Positions 10,102 to 19,715 of a DNA stretch of 64,000 nucleotides are shown here, piece after piece. A model generated the notes under the pieces. That model made no database searches, was not told the DNA's origin, and worked only from the letters and a program-made list of their open reading frames with translations. How positions within the stretch are numbered: position 1 is the first letter of the stretch; each line of letters begins with the position of its first letter. Both the position numbers and the translations under genes were made by a program. The DNA lies in assembly GCA_965209095.1 (NCBI GenBank), contig OZ242381.1, forward strand, positions 5,198,667 through 5,262,666, given 5' to 3'. This DNA is from Candidatus Poribacteria bacterium (GTDB lineage: Bacteria; Poribacteria; WGA-4E; WGA-3G).

Positions 10102-11076
10102 TTATTCCGTTTTAAGTCTTTGTCTTGCCAGTGCTGCTGCTCCTAGTACACCAGCATCATCCCCCAGCTGTGCTCTGACAATCTGAACACCTTTTAATGT
10201 ATCGGGTAATGCGTATTTCTTTGCTGCTTTTCGGATCGCCTTAATGAAATCTTGGTCAAGTGCTTCAACAACGCCGCCCCCAAGCACAATCATCTCTGGA
10301 TTTAAGAAGTTTACAATAGAACCGATACCGACACCGAGATATTTTGTCGTCTCTTTAAAGATTTTCTGTGTTAATTTATCCTTACTCCGTAGTGCTTTGG
10401 CTAATGTGCCACTTCGAATTTGCTGCAGGTCACCGTCAGTAAGCTTAGTAATGACACTCTTTTTTCCTTTTTTCATTATAGCATTTCTTAATTGTTTTGT
10501 CATCGCCGTACGGCTTGCAAGTGCTTCCAAACATCCACGATTCCCACATCCACACTTTGGTCCACCTTCTTGGACAATGATATGTCCGATTTCACCTGCA
10601 GTTTTGCTTGCGCCGTGGAAAAGTTCACCGTTCAGAATGATTCCGCCACCGATCCCGGTTCCGACGAAGATCCCAACCAAATTCTGAACACCGCGTCCAG
10701 TTCCGTAAGTATGTTCTCCGAGTGTGCCAATGTTAACATCATTGTCTACAAAAGTTGGAATTCCGATCCGCTCTTCTAACTCTGTTTTGAGTGGTACATC
10801 TTTCCAACCAAGATTCGGTGCGAATATCACAACACCTGTTTCTGGATCAAGTGGTCCGGGAGCTCCAATTCCGATTGCTCGGATTGTATCGGCGGAAACA
10901 TCCGATTTCTGGAAAGCCTCCTTGATACTGTCCGCTATTCGATCAATCACGATAGATGTCCCGTCTTTTGCTTGTGTTGGAACTTTCGCTGTAGCTAATA
11001 TCTGACCTTCTGCATCAACAACGGCGGAGAGGATTTTAGTGCCACCCATATCCACTCCGATCACATTACTGTCCAT
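10102..11076 (-). CDS. ROK family sugar kinase (glucokinase-like)
   Basis: GVDMGGT, DNDVN, GTGIGGG, GEIGH and CGCGNRGCLE motifs. Confidence 0.92.
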   Translation of the reverse strand: MDSNVIGVDMGGTKILSAVVDAEGQILATAKVPTQAKDGTSIVIDRIADSIKEAFQKSDVSADTIRAIGIGAPGPLDPETGVVIFAPNLGWKDVPLKTELEERIGIPTFVDNDVNIGTLGEHTYGTGRGVQNLVGIFVGTGIGGGIILNGELFHGASKTAGEIGHIIVQEGGPKCGCGNRGCLEALASRTAMTKQLRNAIMKKGKKSVITKLTDGDLQQIRSGTLAKALRSKDKLTQKIFKETTKYLGVGIGSIVNFLNPEMIVLGGGVVEALDQDFIKAIRKAAKKYALPDTLKGVQIVRAQLGDDAGVLGAAALARQRLKTE

Positions 11077-11126
11077 TTTAATTTCCTTTGTCTAATAGGT
11101 AAGTTAGGATCTCTTATATAAGATTT

Positions 11127-11591
11127 CTATGTTGCAATAATCTCAAGAAGTTTCTGTTTGAAGTTTGTTGCTAATAGTTGTTTCCATTTATTTAGAAACG
11201 TATCATAATCGGTATTACGATTGTTTTGTGTGTGCAAGATAAGCGTGTTAACGCCACGCAACGCATTAGATTCACAACTTTTTTTATAGTCAATTAAGGT
11301 ATCCAATACAACATCGTTGTCGTGAATATCTCCGAGAATATCTTGCAGATCAATGATAATGTCAAGAAAATCAGAATAATTATTATCGTAGTTAACTGCA
11401 AAGAATTCCATCGTGTACCGCAGTCTTTTGACAGAAATCCGCATGTTATGCAGTTCTTCTCTGCACTCCGGGTTTTTTATGTACTGTTCCCAACTGTAAA
11501 CTTCTTCAACCCTCTGTGGTAAAATGACACGCGCATTCTGACGAAAACTATGCTTCGGATTGAGACCCATTATTTTCTGTGGCTTCGCCAT
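11127..11591 (-). CDS. Half-size CHAD domain protein (C-lobe type)
   Basis: LHNMRISVKRLRYTMEFF...LQDILGDIHDNDV; GGAGG RBS before ATG 11591. Confidence 0.85.
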   Translation of the reverse strand: MAKPQKIMGLNPKHSFRQNARVILPQRVEEVYSWEQYIKNPECREELHNMRISVKRLRYTMEFFAVNYDNNYSDFLDIIIDLQDILGDIHDNDVVLDTLIDYKKSCESNALRGVNTLILHTQNNRNTDYDTFLNKWKQLLATNFKQKLLEIIAT

Positions 11592-11592
11592 T

Positions 11593-12075
11593 TTATACCT
11601 CCGAATCAAAGAACGTAAGAAATTGGGTTTCAAAGTCGTTTGCATTCAAATCTGCAAACAAGTCTAACATCGGTTTTCGCGCTTCTACCCGTTTCTGCTG
11701 TAGATTGTCAATCAGTGCTTGAATATCACCCTGTTCCACTTCTGATAAGGTTTGCAACTCGTTTTGAAAACGAACGATAAGGACATCAAGATCACGGACT
11801 GCTCCCATTGTCCGTGTTATAGTGCGGATCTGTTTATAGAATTGCTTAAAAGGTTCCCTTTCAAAACAGTCCGAGAAGTTATCCATCGCGGCACGCAACC
11901 TTCGTGAGGCTACTCGCATATCGTGGACAAATTCAATATTTGTGCCATCTATTGCCCCATCTTTGTAAGACATCATCTCGCGAAAATAACTAACAATAAT
12001 AAGACGTGCACACGTTTCCATATTCTTATGGGGTGCAATACCTTTGATTTCTGCCGTAGCCATTTTAGCACCCAT
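11593..12075 (-). CDS. Half-size CHAD domain protein (N-lobe type)
   Basis: VHDMRVASRRLRAAM...MGAVRDLDV; start uncertain (12063 or 12075). Confidence 0.85.
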   Translation of the reverse strand: MGAKMATAEIKGIAPHKNMETCARLIIVSYFREMMSYKDGAIDGTNIEFVHDMRVASRRLRAAMDNFSDCFEREPFKQFYKQIRTITRTMGAVRDLDVLIVRFQNELQTLSEVEQGDIQALIDNLQQKRVEARKPMLDLFADLNANDFETQFLTFFDSEV

Positions 12076-12118
12076 TATATCATTAGTGATGGATATATTC
12101 TTTACCTTCACCCAGTTC

Positions 12119-13507
12119 TCAAAATAGGAATAGATTTGCAAACAAAAAGTAGGTAAAAATCCCTATGACATCAATTGCAGTTGTAACGAACGGTCCCGTT
12201 GCAACAGCAGGATCGATATTCAGGCGTTTGAAAAACATCGGAATGATTGTTCCAACTGTAGCAGCAATCACCATATTGATGAAGATAGCAAGTGCCACGA
12301 CAAGTGGCAACTTCCATGCAAATTCCCGGAATTGTGGAAAAAGATAGGCGAAACCACCAAGCAGCACGCCGTATGTTGTACCAAGTAACGCGCCAGTGCT
12401 AAATTCACGCCACAACACCCGCCAAGTATCTTTGATACCGACTTCGCCAATTGCTATACTCCGCACAATGATGGTAGATGATTGTGTTCCTATATTTCCT
12501 CCCATTCCCATGATGACCGGAATAAACGCGGCTAAGGCAGCGATCTTTTCCAATTGTGCTTCAAAAATACCGATGATATATACTGCCAGTAACCCGCCCG
12601 CAAAACTTGCAAGTAGCCACGGCAGACGTGCACGCGTGTTTCTGAAAATGGAACGGGAGGTAATATCCAAATCACCTGTCCCTGCCATCTTCAGCATATC
12701 TTCCGTATTCTCTTCACGGATGACATCAACGATATCGTCAATTGTTACGACACCTACGAGCTGCCCGATGCTATTGATAACAGGGATTGCTAACAAATTG
12801 TAACGTGCTACTGCACGTGCCACCGTTTCTTGCGGCATATCGGTATGAACAGTGTATAAATGCGATGTCATTAGATCCTTGAGTGGCGTGTCTGGTTTTG
12901 TTTGCACTAACTGCCGTAACGATAGGACACCTTTTAGTTTGTCTTCTGCGTCAATGACATAGACGTAGAAAGTAATCGGTGGTATATCTATTTCAGTGAG
13001 ATCACGAATCATCTCGGTTGCTTCAGCGGCAGTAGTCTCTTGAGGCAATGCGAAATAATTTGGCGACATAATCGCACCCGCAGTTTTCTCCTCATACTCA
13101 AGCAGCCGTTCAACATTTTCAGAGGTAGTTCCCTCAATGAGATTAAGTAATTCCTCCTTCTTCTCTTCAGGTATCTCGGATAGAATCTGTGTAACATCAT
13201 CAGCGGGTATTGTGTGTAAGACACTGGCAACAATTGCCGGTTCAGTTTCTTCGACGAATGCGTTGATGTCTGTAGCGTTTAATTCACATAGGACCTCACC
13301 CATCCGTTTCTCTTCAATTAGTATCGTGAATAGGCTGCTTTTCTCTTCAAGACGTAAGCGCGGAAACCATCTTGCGATGTCTGCCGAATGTGTTTTTGCA
13401 ATGATGTTCCGAAGGTTTGGAAAGGCACTTCGTTGAATCAAACGAACAACTGTAGAAATAAACAGTTCATCAACATCATGTGTTGTAATGATTGTTTGAC
13501 CTTCCAT
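12119..13507 (-). CDS. mgtE: Magnesium transporter MgtE
   Basis: MgtE_N and CBS pair, RLPWL, GGNIGTQS, DPAVATGPFVTT. Confidence 0.95.
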   Translation of the reverse strand: MEGQTIITTHDVDELFISTVVRLIQRSAFPNLRNIIAKTHSADIARWFPRLRLEEKSSLFTILIEEKRMGEVLCELNATDINAFVEETEPAIVASVLHTIPADDVTQILSEIPEEKKEELLNLIEGTTSENVERLLEYEEKTAGAIMSPNYFALPQETTAAEATEMIRDLTEIDIPPITFYVYVIDAEDKLKGVLSLRQLVQTKPDTPLKDLMTSHLYTVHTDMPQETVARAVARYNLLAIPVINSIGQLVGVVTIDDIVDVIREENTEDMLKMAGTGDLDITSRSIFRNTRARLPWLLASFAGGLLAVYIIGIFEAQLEKIAALAAFIPVIMGMGGNIGTQSSTIIVRSIAIGEVGIKDTWRVLWREFSTGALLGTTYGVLLGGFAYLFPQFREFAWKLPLVVALAIFINMVIAATVGTIIPMFFKRLNIDPAVATGPFVTTAIDVIGIFTYFLFANLFLF

Positions 13508-13543
13508 ATTTGTGCTCGCGAATAATCCGTTATAGTGATAGTG

Positions 13544-14617
13544 CTATGACTTTGCTTGGTGTCGAAGCAGATGGTCAGTAAGCACAAGTGCTGCCATCGC
13601 TTCTACGATTGCTGGCGCGCGAATTAGCACACACGGGTCGTGCCGCCCACTTGCTTCCAATGTCACCTCATTTCCATCCACATCCACCGTCTGTTGTGGT
13701 TTGCCAATAGTTGCTGTTGGCTTAAATGCGACTTGGAAAACGATGTTCTCTCCGTTTGAAATGCCACCTTGTGTGCCACCCGAATTGTTGGTTCTGGTGC
13801 GAATTTCTCCTGATGCGTTGTAAAATGCATCGTTGTGTTCAGAACCTGTCATCGTGATTCCTTCAAAACCTGAACCTATTTGAAATCCCATTGTTGCGGG
13901 TAGAGACATCATTCCTTTTGCTAAATCAGCTTTGAGTTTGTCAAAGACAGGTTCACCGAGACCTACAGGAACATTACGACAAACCGATTCAATTATACCT
14001 CCGAGAGAATCCTTGGCGCGTCTTGCTTGATCAATACGTTCTGCCATTTTTGGACTAACTATAGGGTCAGGACATCGCACAGGACTTGCTTCTATCTCGT
14101 CATGCGTAACCGTGTCTGCATCTACTGTGGCTTGAAGTGTATGTATCTGTTTGACATAAGCGAGTGTTTCAGTTTCACATTTTTCACGCAGGATCTGTTT
14201 AGCGATTGCCCCTGCAGCAACACGTCCGATGGTCTCGCGTGCACTCGCTCTCCCGCCTCCCTGCCAATTCCGAATGCCATACTTTTGCTGATAAGTAAAG
14301 TCGGCATGTGAGGGACGGTATAAGTTTTTTAGATGTTCATAGGCGGATGGACGCGCATCCTTATTCCATACCAACATTGAGATAGGAGTACCGAGGCTTT
14401 TTCCTTCAAACACACCTGAGAGTATTTCAACAACGTCTTCCTCTTGACGCGGTGTAGTGAGGTGACTCTGCCCTGGTCTCCGCCGATGGAGTTCATACTG
14501 TATAGCGTCAATGTCTATATCAATCTGTGGAGGGCATCCATCTACCACAACGCCAACAGCACCACCATGTGATTCACCCCATGTTGTTATCCGAAAAAGG
14601 TGTCCGAAAGTGTTCAT
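13544..14617 (-). CDS. aroC: Chorismate synthase
   Basis: [21 protein letters not shown] and GRHDPCV motifs. Confidence 0.97.
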   Translation of the reverse strand: MNTFGHLFRITTWGESHGGAVGVVVDGCPPQIDIDIDAIQYELHRRRPGQSHLTTPRQEEDVVEILSGVFEGKSLGTPISMLVWNKDARPSAYEHLKNLYRPSHADFTYQQKYGIRNWQGGGRASARETIGRVAAGAIAKQILREKCETETLAYVKQIHTLQATVDADTVTHDEIEASPVRCPDPIVSPKMAERIDQARRAKDSLGGIIESVCRNVPVGLGEPVFDKLKADLAKGMMSLPATMGFQIGSGFEGITMTGSEHNDAFYNASGEIRTRTNNSGGTQGGISNGENIVFQVAFKPTATIGKPQQTVDVDGNEVTLEASGRHDPCVLIRAPAIVEAMAALVLTDHLLRHQAKS

Positions 14618-14734
14618 TAGATCTGTTCCGTTACATACGGTTAGACAAGTATATATCTTTATTGCGTCTTATTACATCTCTTAAGATATACTATAACAGA
14701 TTGTCAATAATCATGCAAAGCAATATTTGACAAG

Positions 14735-15332
14735 GGGTGTGTAAAGCTTTCGTCACCTTCAAAAGAAAAACACAGGACGACAGAAACTCAGGAGATTATC
14801 AACAATATCTGAAAAAATATAGATTCTCTATTTTTTTTACTTGACAATCACATATATGTATAGTATACTTAACATGTGTTTAAGGACAATAGGTGCATAG
14901 TCGCGCAATTCATTACACCCCAGACATTACAACAGAAAAGGTAATTTCAAGAATAGAATTGATCTAAACCAGCAGAGGAAATATCATGTTAACGCAGGAC
15001 AATAGAAGTGGAAAACAGACTGAATCAGAAAACACTACACTGATCAAGCGGATTATGATGTGGTGTCCATATACCTCAAATAATATAAATCAGGACACCA
15101 AAAACATAAATCACAAAACGTACCGGATCAAAAAATTAAAATTACCAGAAATTCGCACAAAAAATCACGCACAAACCCATACACAGATAGGACTCACAAC
15201 CCGGTACGAAAAACCGTACCGAAACCGTACCGAAAAATAAAAAAACGCACTTTACAGTACGGTTTCAAAGATCATAAAAGCAATGTCCTTTCAAGAAATT
15301 GATGACTATGGTGACAAAAACTTTACACACCT
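14735..15332. mobile_element. 598-bp non-autonomous element (MITE family A) with IS256-like ends and 9-bp TSD TTTGACAAG
   Basis: TIRs GGGTGTGTAAAGCTTTCGTCACC / GGTGACAAAAACTTTACACACCT; homologous copy at 33307-34392. Confidence 0.85.
14841..14869 (+). promoter_or_regulatory. Sigma70-type promoter inside MITE A
   Basis: TTGACA-N17-TATACT, conserved at 33600-33628. Confidence 0.7.
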
Positions 15333-15360
15333 TTTGACAAGTTGTGTTTAAGTTATTTAC

Positions 15361-15389
15361 TTGACTCTATCTGTTTTTCACTATACAAT
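15361..15389 (+). promoter_or_regulatory. Sigma70-type promoter for 15423
   Basis: TTGACT-N17-TACAAT. Confidence 0.55.
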
Positions 15390-15422
15390 TGTCAATAGCA
15401 TTAAACAAACAAGCGGAGGAAT

Positions 15423-16637
15423 ATGCCGATGGCGAAAACAGTATGCATTGTCGGAACTATGGACACGAAAGGCATAGAATTTGCCTTCATCAAAAATCAA
15501 ATAGAAGCAAGCGGTATCTCAACGTGTGTTGTTAATACTGGAATTTTAGGAGAACCGCAGTTAGTACCCGATATTTCTGCTGATGAGGTTGCACAAGCAG
15601 GTGGTTCCTCTTTGAAAGCATTGCGAGACGAAGGGGACAGAGGCAATAGCGTGGCTGTGATGGCACAAGGGGCAGCAACCCTCATCACAGAAAAACACGC
15701 TGCCGGCGAGATTGATGGCATAATTTCACTTGGTGGCTCCGCAGGCACTACTATCGGAACGACAGCAATGCAGGCATTACCTGTAGGTGTTCCCAAAATC
15801 ATGGTCTCAACTTTAGCATCAGGTGACACGAGTCCTTATGTGCAGTCCAAAGATATTTGTATGATGTATTCTGTGGTTGATATTGCGGGCATCAATCGCC
15901 TTTCACGACAGATTCTCGCTAATGCTGCGGGTGCTATCGTCGGCATGGTTACTGCCGAAGCACCAGAAGCAACAGATGACAACCCCCTCATCGCTGCGAC
16001 AATGTTCGGTGTAACAACGCCTTGTGTAACAAAAGCACGTGAGATCCTTGAAGCCGCTGGCTATGAAGTTCTTGTTTTTCATGCAACAGGCACAGGTGGA
16101 CGCGCTATGGAAGACCTTGTTAAAGGCGGATTCCTTGCAGGTGTGCTTGATGTAACGACAACAGAACTTGCAGACGAATTGGTAGGCGGAATTCTCAGTG
16201 CCGGGCCCAAACGGTTGGAAGCTGCAGGACAAGCAGGTTTGCCACAAGTTATCGCTCCTGGGGCATTGGATATGGTAAATTTCGGTCCTCCTGATACAGT
16301 TCCGGAGAAATTCAGTGAACGTCATTTCTATCAACACAACCCCACAGTAACACTCATGCGGACAACTGCCGAAGAGATAGCAGAATTGGGTAAAATCATG
16401 GCACAGAAACTCAACGAAGCGAAAGGACCAACAACCGTCCTTATTCCTACGCAAGGTGTCTCCGCTATTGATAAAACAGGACAACCCTTTGATTCGCCTG
16501 AAGCGCGAGATACATGGCGAGAAAGTCTAAAGGCACATATCGGTGATAATGTTACGGTAATTGAGATGGATGCTCACATCAATGATGACGAATTCGCTGC
16601 CCAACTTGCAGAAACCTTGTTAGACAGCTTGAAGTAA
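15423..16637 (+). CDS. Tm-1-like ATP-binding protein (UPF0261)
   Basis: GTMDTKG, GGSAGT, MFGVTTPCV, FHATGTGG and GALDMVNFG motifs. Confidence 0.92.
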   Translation: MPMAKTVCIVGTMDTKGIEFAFIKNQIEASGISTCVVNTGILGEPQLVPDISADEVAQAGGSSLKALRDEGDRGNSVAVMAQGAATLITEKHAAGEIDGIISLGGSAGTTIGTTAMQALPVGVPKIMVSTLASGDTSPYVQSKDICMMYSVVDIAGINRLSRQILANAAGAIVGMVTAEAPEATDDNPLIAATMFGVTTPCVTKAREILEAAGYEVLVFHATGTGGRAMEDLVKGGFLAGVLDVTTTELADELVGGILSAGPKRLEAAGQAGLPQVIAPGALDMVNFGPPDTVPEKFSERHFYQHNPTVTLMRTTAEEIAELGKIMAQKLNEAKGPTTVLIPTQGVSAIDKTGQPFDSPEARDTWRESLKAHIGDNVTVIEMDAHINDDEFAAQLAETLLDSLK

Positions 16638-16646
16638 AAGGACAAA

Positions 16647-17537
16647 ATGGCAAAACCGTATAAAACACTTACAGAATCCGATGTAGACCACTTCATTGAG
16701 AAGGGGCATGTTGTTCTGAAAGACTGCTTTTCACGCGAATTAGCAGCAGAATGGCGTGCGTTTGCTTTCGAACGTCTCGGTTATGACCCAGATGACACTT
16801 CAACTTGGGAACAACCTCGTATACATCTACCCGCCATGAACAGACTCCCGATCCGTGAAATTGCCCCGAGGGCATGGGACGCTATCTGTGATTTGCTCGG
16901 TGGTGAAGATAGAATTGCCAATACGCAACCTTCTTGGGGTGATGGTTTTATCATCAACTTCACATTAGGAGCAGATACTGCATGGCAACCACCTGAGTCA
17001 CACTACTCGGGTTGGCACAAAGATGGTGATTTCTTTCGGCACTTTTTAGATAGTCCTGAGCAAGGATTATTGACAATCGTTGTATGGTCAGATATTCTAC
17101 CGAAAAGTGGTGGCACGTTTGTAGCATGTGATTCAGTGCAACATGTCGCAGAGCATTCGTACGCGCACCCAGAAGGTTTGTTACCGGGGCAAGGTTTCGG
17201 TCAGTTGTATCAGAAATGTAAGAATTTTGTGGAAATTACGGGGAATGCGGGTGATGTTGTTCTTTTACATCCATTCATTTTGCATTCTGCATCACAGAAC
17301 CCATCGGGACGCGCCAGATTTATTACAAATCCGCCAGTTGCGCTCAAAGAACCGATGAATTTCAATCGTAGTAATCCTAATGATTTCTCTCCTGTTGAGT
17401 TAGCTGTCTTACGCGGGTTAGGGAAAGTTCGCTTAGACTTCAAACCAGCAGCACCGAGGGAAAGATTAGTACCTGAACGTGTCAAACGTCAACAAAAGAT
17501 GATGGAAGAGCAGAAAAAACGACTTGCGATGGGATAA
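16647..17537 (+). CDS. Phytanoyl-CoA dioxygenase (PhyH) family protein
   Basis: WHKDG (HxD) and AGDVVLLHPFILHSAS motifs. Confidence 0.85.
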   Translation: MAKPYKTLTESDVDHFIEKGHVVLKDCFSRELAAEWRAFAFERLGYDPDDTSTWEQPRIHLPAMNRLPIREIAPRAWDAICDLLGGEDRIANTQPSWGDGFIINFTLGADTAWQPPESHYSGWHKDGDFFRHFLDSPEQGLLTIVVWSDILPKSGGTFVACDSVQHVAEHSYAHPEGLLPGQGFGQLYQKCKNFVEITGNAGDVVLLHPFILHSASQNPSGRARFITNPPVALKEPMNFNRSNPNDFSPVELAVLRGLGKVRLDFKPAAPRERLVPERVKRQQKMMEEQKKRLAMG

Positions 17538-17538
17538 C

Positions 17539-18615
17539 TTATTCATCTTCTTCCGCTTCTAACTGTGCTTTCTGCCAACCATAATTTACATTGCCATCAT
17601 AAAACTTATCGGGATGTTCAACTGCCCATATCTGCTTATGTATAATCCAATTTTTCGGATCTAATGCCAGTGCCTTTCGCCATTCAGCCATCGCTTCCGT
17701 CTTTTTGCCTATCTCTAACAAGGTCCGACCGAGTTGAAACCGCGCATTTGCCTCAATGACATTTGGACTTTGCGATTTACTTGGCAGTTTAACACTGCTG
17801 AGTAATGTTGTGTTATAGGTAGGATCAGATACCCATTTCTCAAGCATTTCGGTTGTTTCTTTTTTAGCAACATTGATACTGAAAGGTGATTTGACCAACC
17901 GTCCTGCCTCGTCAATCATAACACCGTAGGGAATTGCCTTTAGGTTGAACAGATTTCCTAAAATGTTCCGTGAATCGACAAGCGTGACAAATTCCGCTTT
18001 GGCTTTGTCGTGCCATGGACGCACTACAGACGCACCTTGTGCATCTATAGCAATAGAAACAAGGTTTAGTCTATCACGATGTTTCGTATAAAATCTCTGC
18101 CATCCTGGCAGTTGTCCTCGACACCCTCACCATGAACCCCATATATAGAGAAACGTCTTCTTTCCACGAAAATCTTGCAAACGTTTTGGTGTATCGTCAA
18201 GATCGGATAATGTGAATTTAGGAGCAAGTTGTTCTGGTCTAACAATTTCTAATTCGGTATCGGAGGCACTGTATATTTCAAAACCGAACGGTTCAGCGAT
18301 GTCTTTAGGTTTAGCGTAAGTAACGTTATCAACCTTGAAAGCACTCTCACCCAATTGGAGTGGCACGCACAATTCCGATTCCCCACTACTACAGATGACG
18401 ACCATATCTTCCCCATCAGGTGTCTCAACCTTTAACCCTAACTGCTTGCAGAGCGTTTCTATCGGGATTAACCACGTACCATTTTTGAATATAGGAGATG
18501 TAGGAAATGTGACCAGTTTGCTATCAATTGAAACTTTGAGATTGCTAATAGGTGATGCGGACAAACCTGTTGCAATGGATAATATAACACAAGTAGTAAG
18601 TATGAACTTTGTCAT
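17539..18615 (-). CDS. Putative selenoprotein, 358 aa: signal peptide, copper-amine-oxidase-N-like domain, TlpA/Prx-like domain (WGSW-U-GC) and TPR
   Basis: ORFs 18127-18696 and 17539-18024 are in frame, separated only by TGA 18127-18129 at the redox-Cys position; downstream hairpin present. Confidence 0.85.
18097..18111 (-). promoter_or_regulatory. Putative bacterial SECIS hairpin
   Basis: CTGCCA-GGA-TGGCAG starting 15 nt after the UGA, with G in the apical loop. Confidence 0.7.
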
Positions 18616-18622
18616 GGTGTGT

Positions 18623-18661
18623 TTCTCTCCCGATGTTGTGCATCGTAAGTTAAGAATTTGA
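18623..18661. repeat. 39-bp direct repeat, copy 1
   Basis: TTCTCTCCCGATGTTGTGCATCGTAAGTTAAGAATTTGA, identical at 19727-19765. Confidence 0.95.
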
Positions 18662-18718
18662 CGTGCAATCTTTGTGCTTCGTTTTGATCGGTTCAATTTA
18701 TGCTAAACTGAACATTGA

Positions 18719-19599
18719 TTATTCGGATTCTTCGTTCAGGACTTGTATAAATTCATCAACGTTTTCTGCTTTAACCGCGGCACGTAATAACAACTCAAGT
18801 CGTTGTAACTCATCAATTGACTCAACCGATGTCTTAAAGGTTTGTGCTATGTCATTTCCAAATCGAAGTTCAAGGACTTCAAGGATTGACTTGCGAGTAC
18901 CTTGTTTGAATCCTTGTTCACGGGCAATTGGTGCCGCATATTCTGCGATTGAAGGTTGTTGCATGGTTTCCTCCAAAATAATATCAAATATTGTTTGTGA
19001 ATCAAAAGTTAAATTCCCTAAAATAGCAAGACTGCCGAGATATTCAATCTTGTTGGGAACATCAATACTGTCAGCGACTTGAACACACTTACGAAGCCAT
19101 TGTTCATCGCTTGTATCTGCATGATGTCTCATAAGCGGTGTAAAAGGTATCAAACCCACGATTCTTGATTCAAGTATTTCTTCTCCATCAAGATCAATTA
19201 ATCTGAAACTTGGTATTCAATTGAAATATTATGATGTTCAAGATTTTGCTCAAATCTACCTGGATCGTTCCTACCAGCATCAGGACGCAAGTATATCACA
19301 TTAGAATAAACGGGTAGACCATAGACTTCAATTGCTCTGATAATATAACCTGCCATCCTAAGTGGCATTTCTGGATCGTAACTATCATTGGTTTGAAATT
19401 CAAAATGGACGAGAACTTCTCTACCCTTGTGCAGCACCTTAATAAGTGAATCTGCCTGATGCATCTCTACCGTAGGTTGTTCAGGTGTAACAACCTCCAA
19501 TACGGTTATATCCGTGTCAGCAAATCTAAAACAAAGATGGACGAAATCTTGTGGATTAGTTTCAAGTTGTTTCTTAGAGGCAATATCAAAACTTGCCAT
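18719..19599 (-). pseudogene. Rpn/YhgA-like PD-(D/E)XK nuclease, frameshifted near 19205
   Basis: ADSLIKV...VHFEFQT...MPLRMAGY; one extra T restores EYQVFRLIDLDGEEILESRIVGLIPFTPLM. Confidence 0.8.
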
Positions 19600-19715
19600 T
19601 ACTCTCCTTCTTAATCTGTTTATGGTAAAACATTATGAATAATTATTTTTTGAGTTTATTCGTTGTAATCGGACAAATCATTGTGTATTTAATTGTCCGA
19701 ATGTGCATGGGACGA

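Noticed and set aside
10102-11076. ROK kinase as polyphosphate glucokinase
   Set aside because: It keeps the CxCGxxGCxE zinc motif of ordinary ROK glucokinases, so the phosphoryl donor cannot be assigned.
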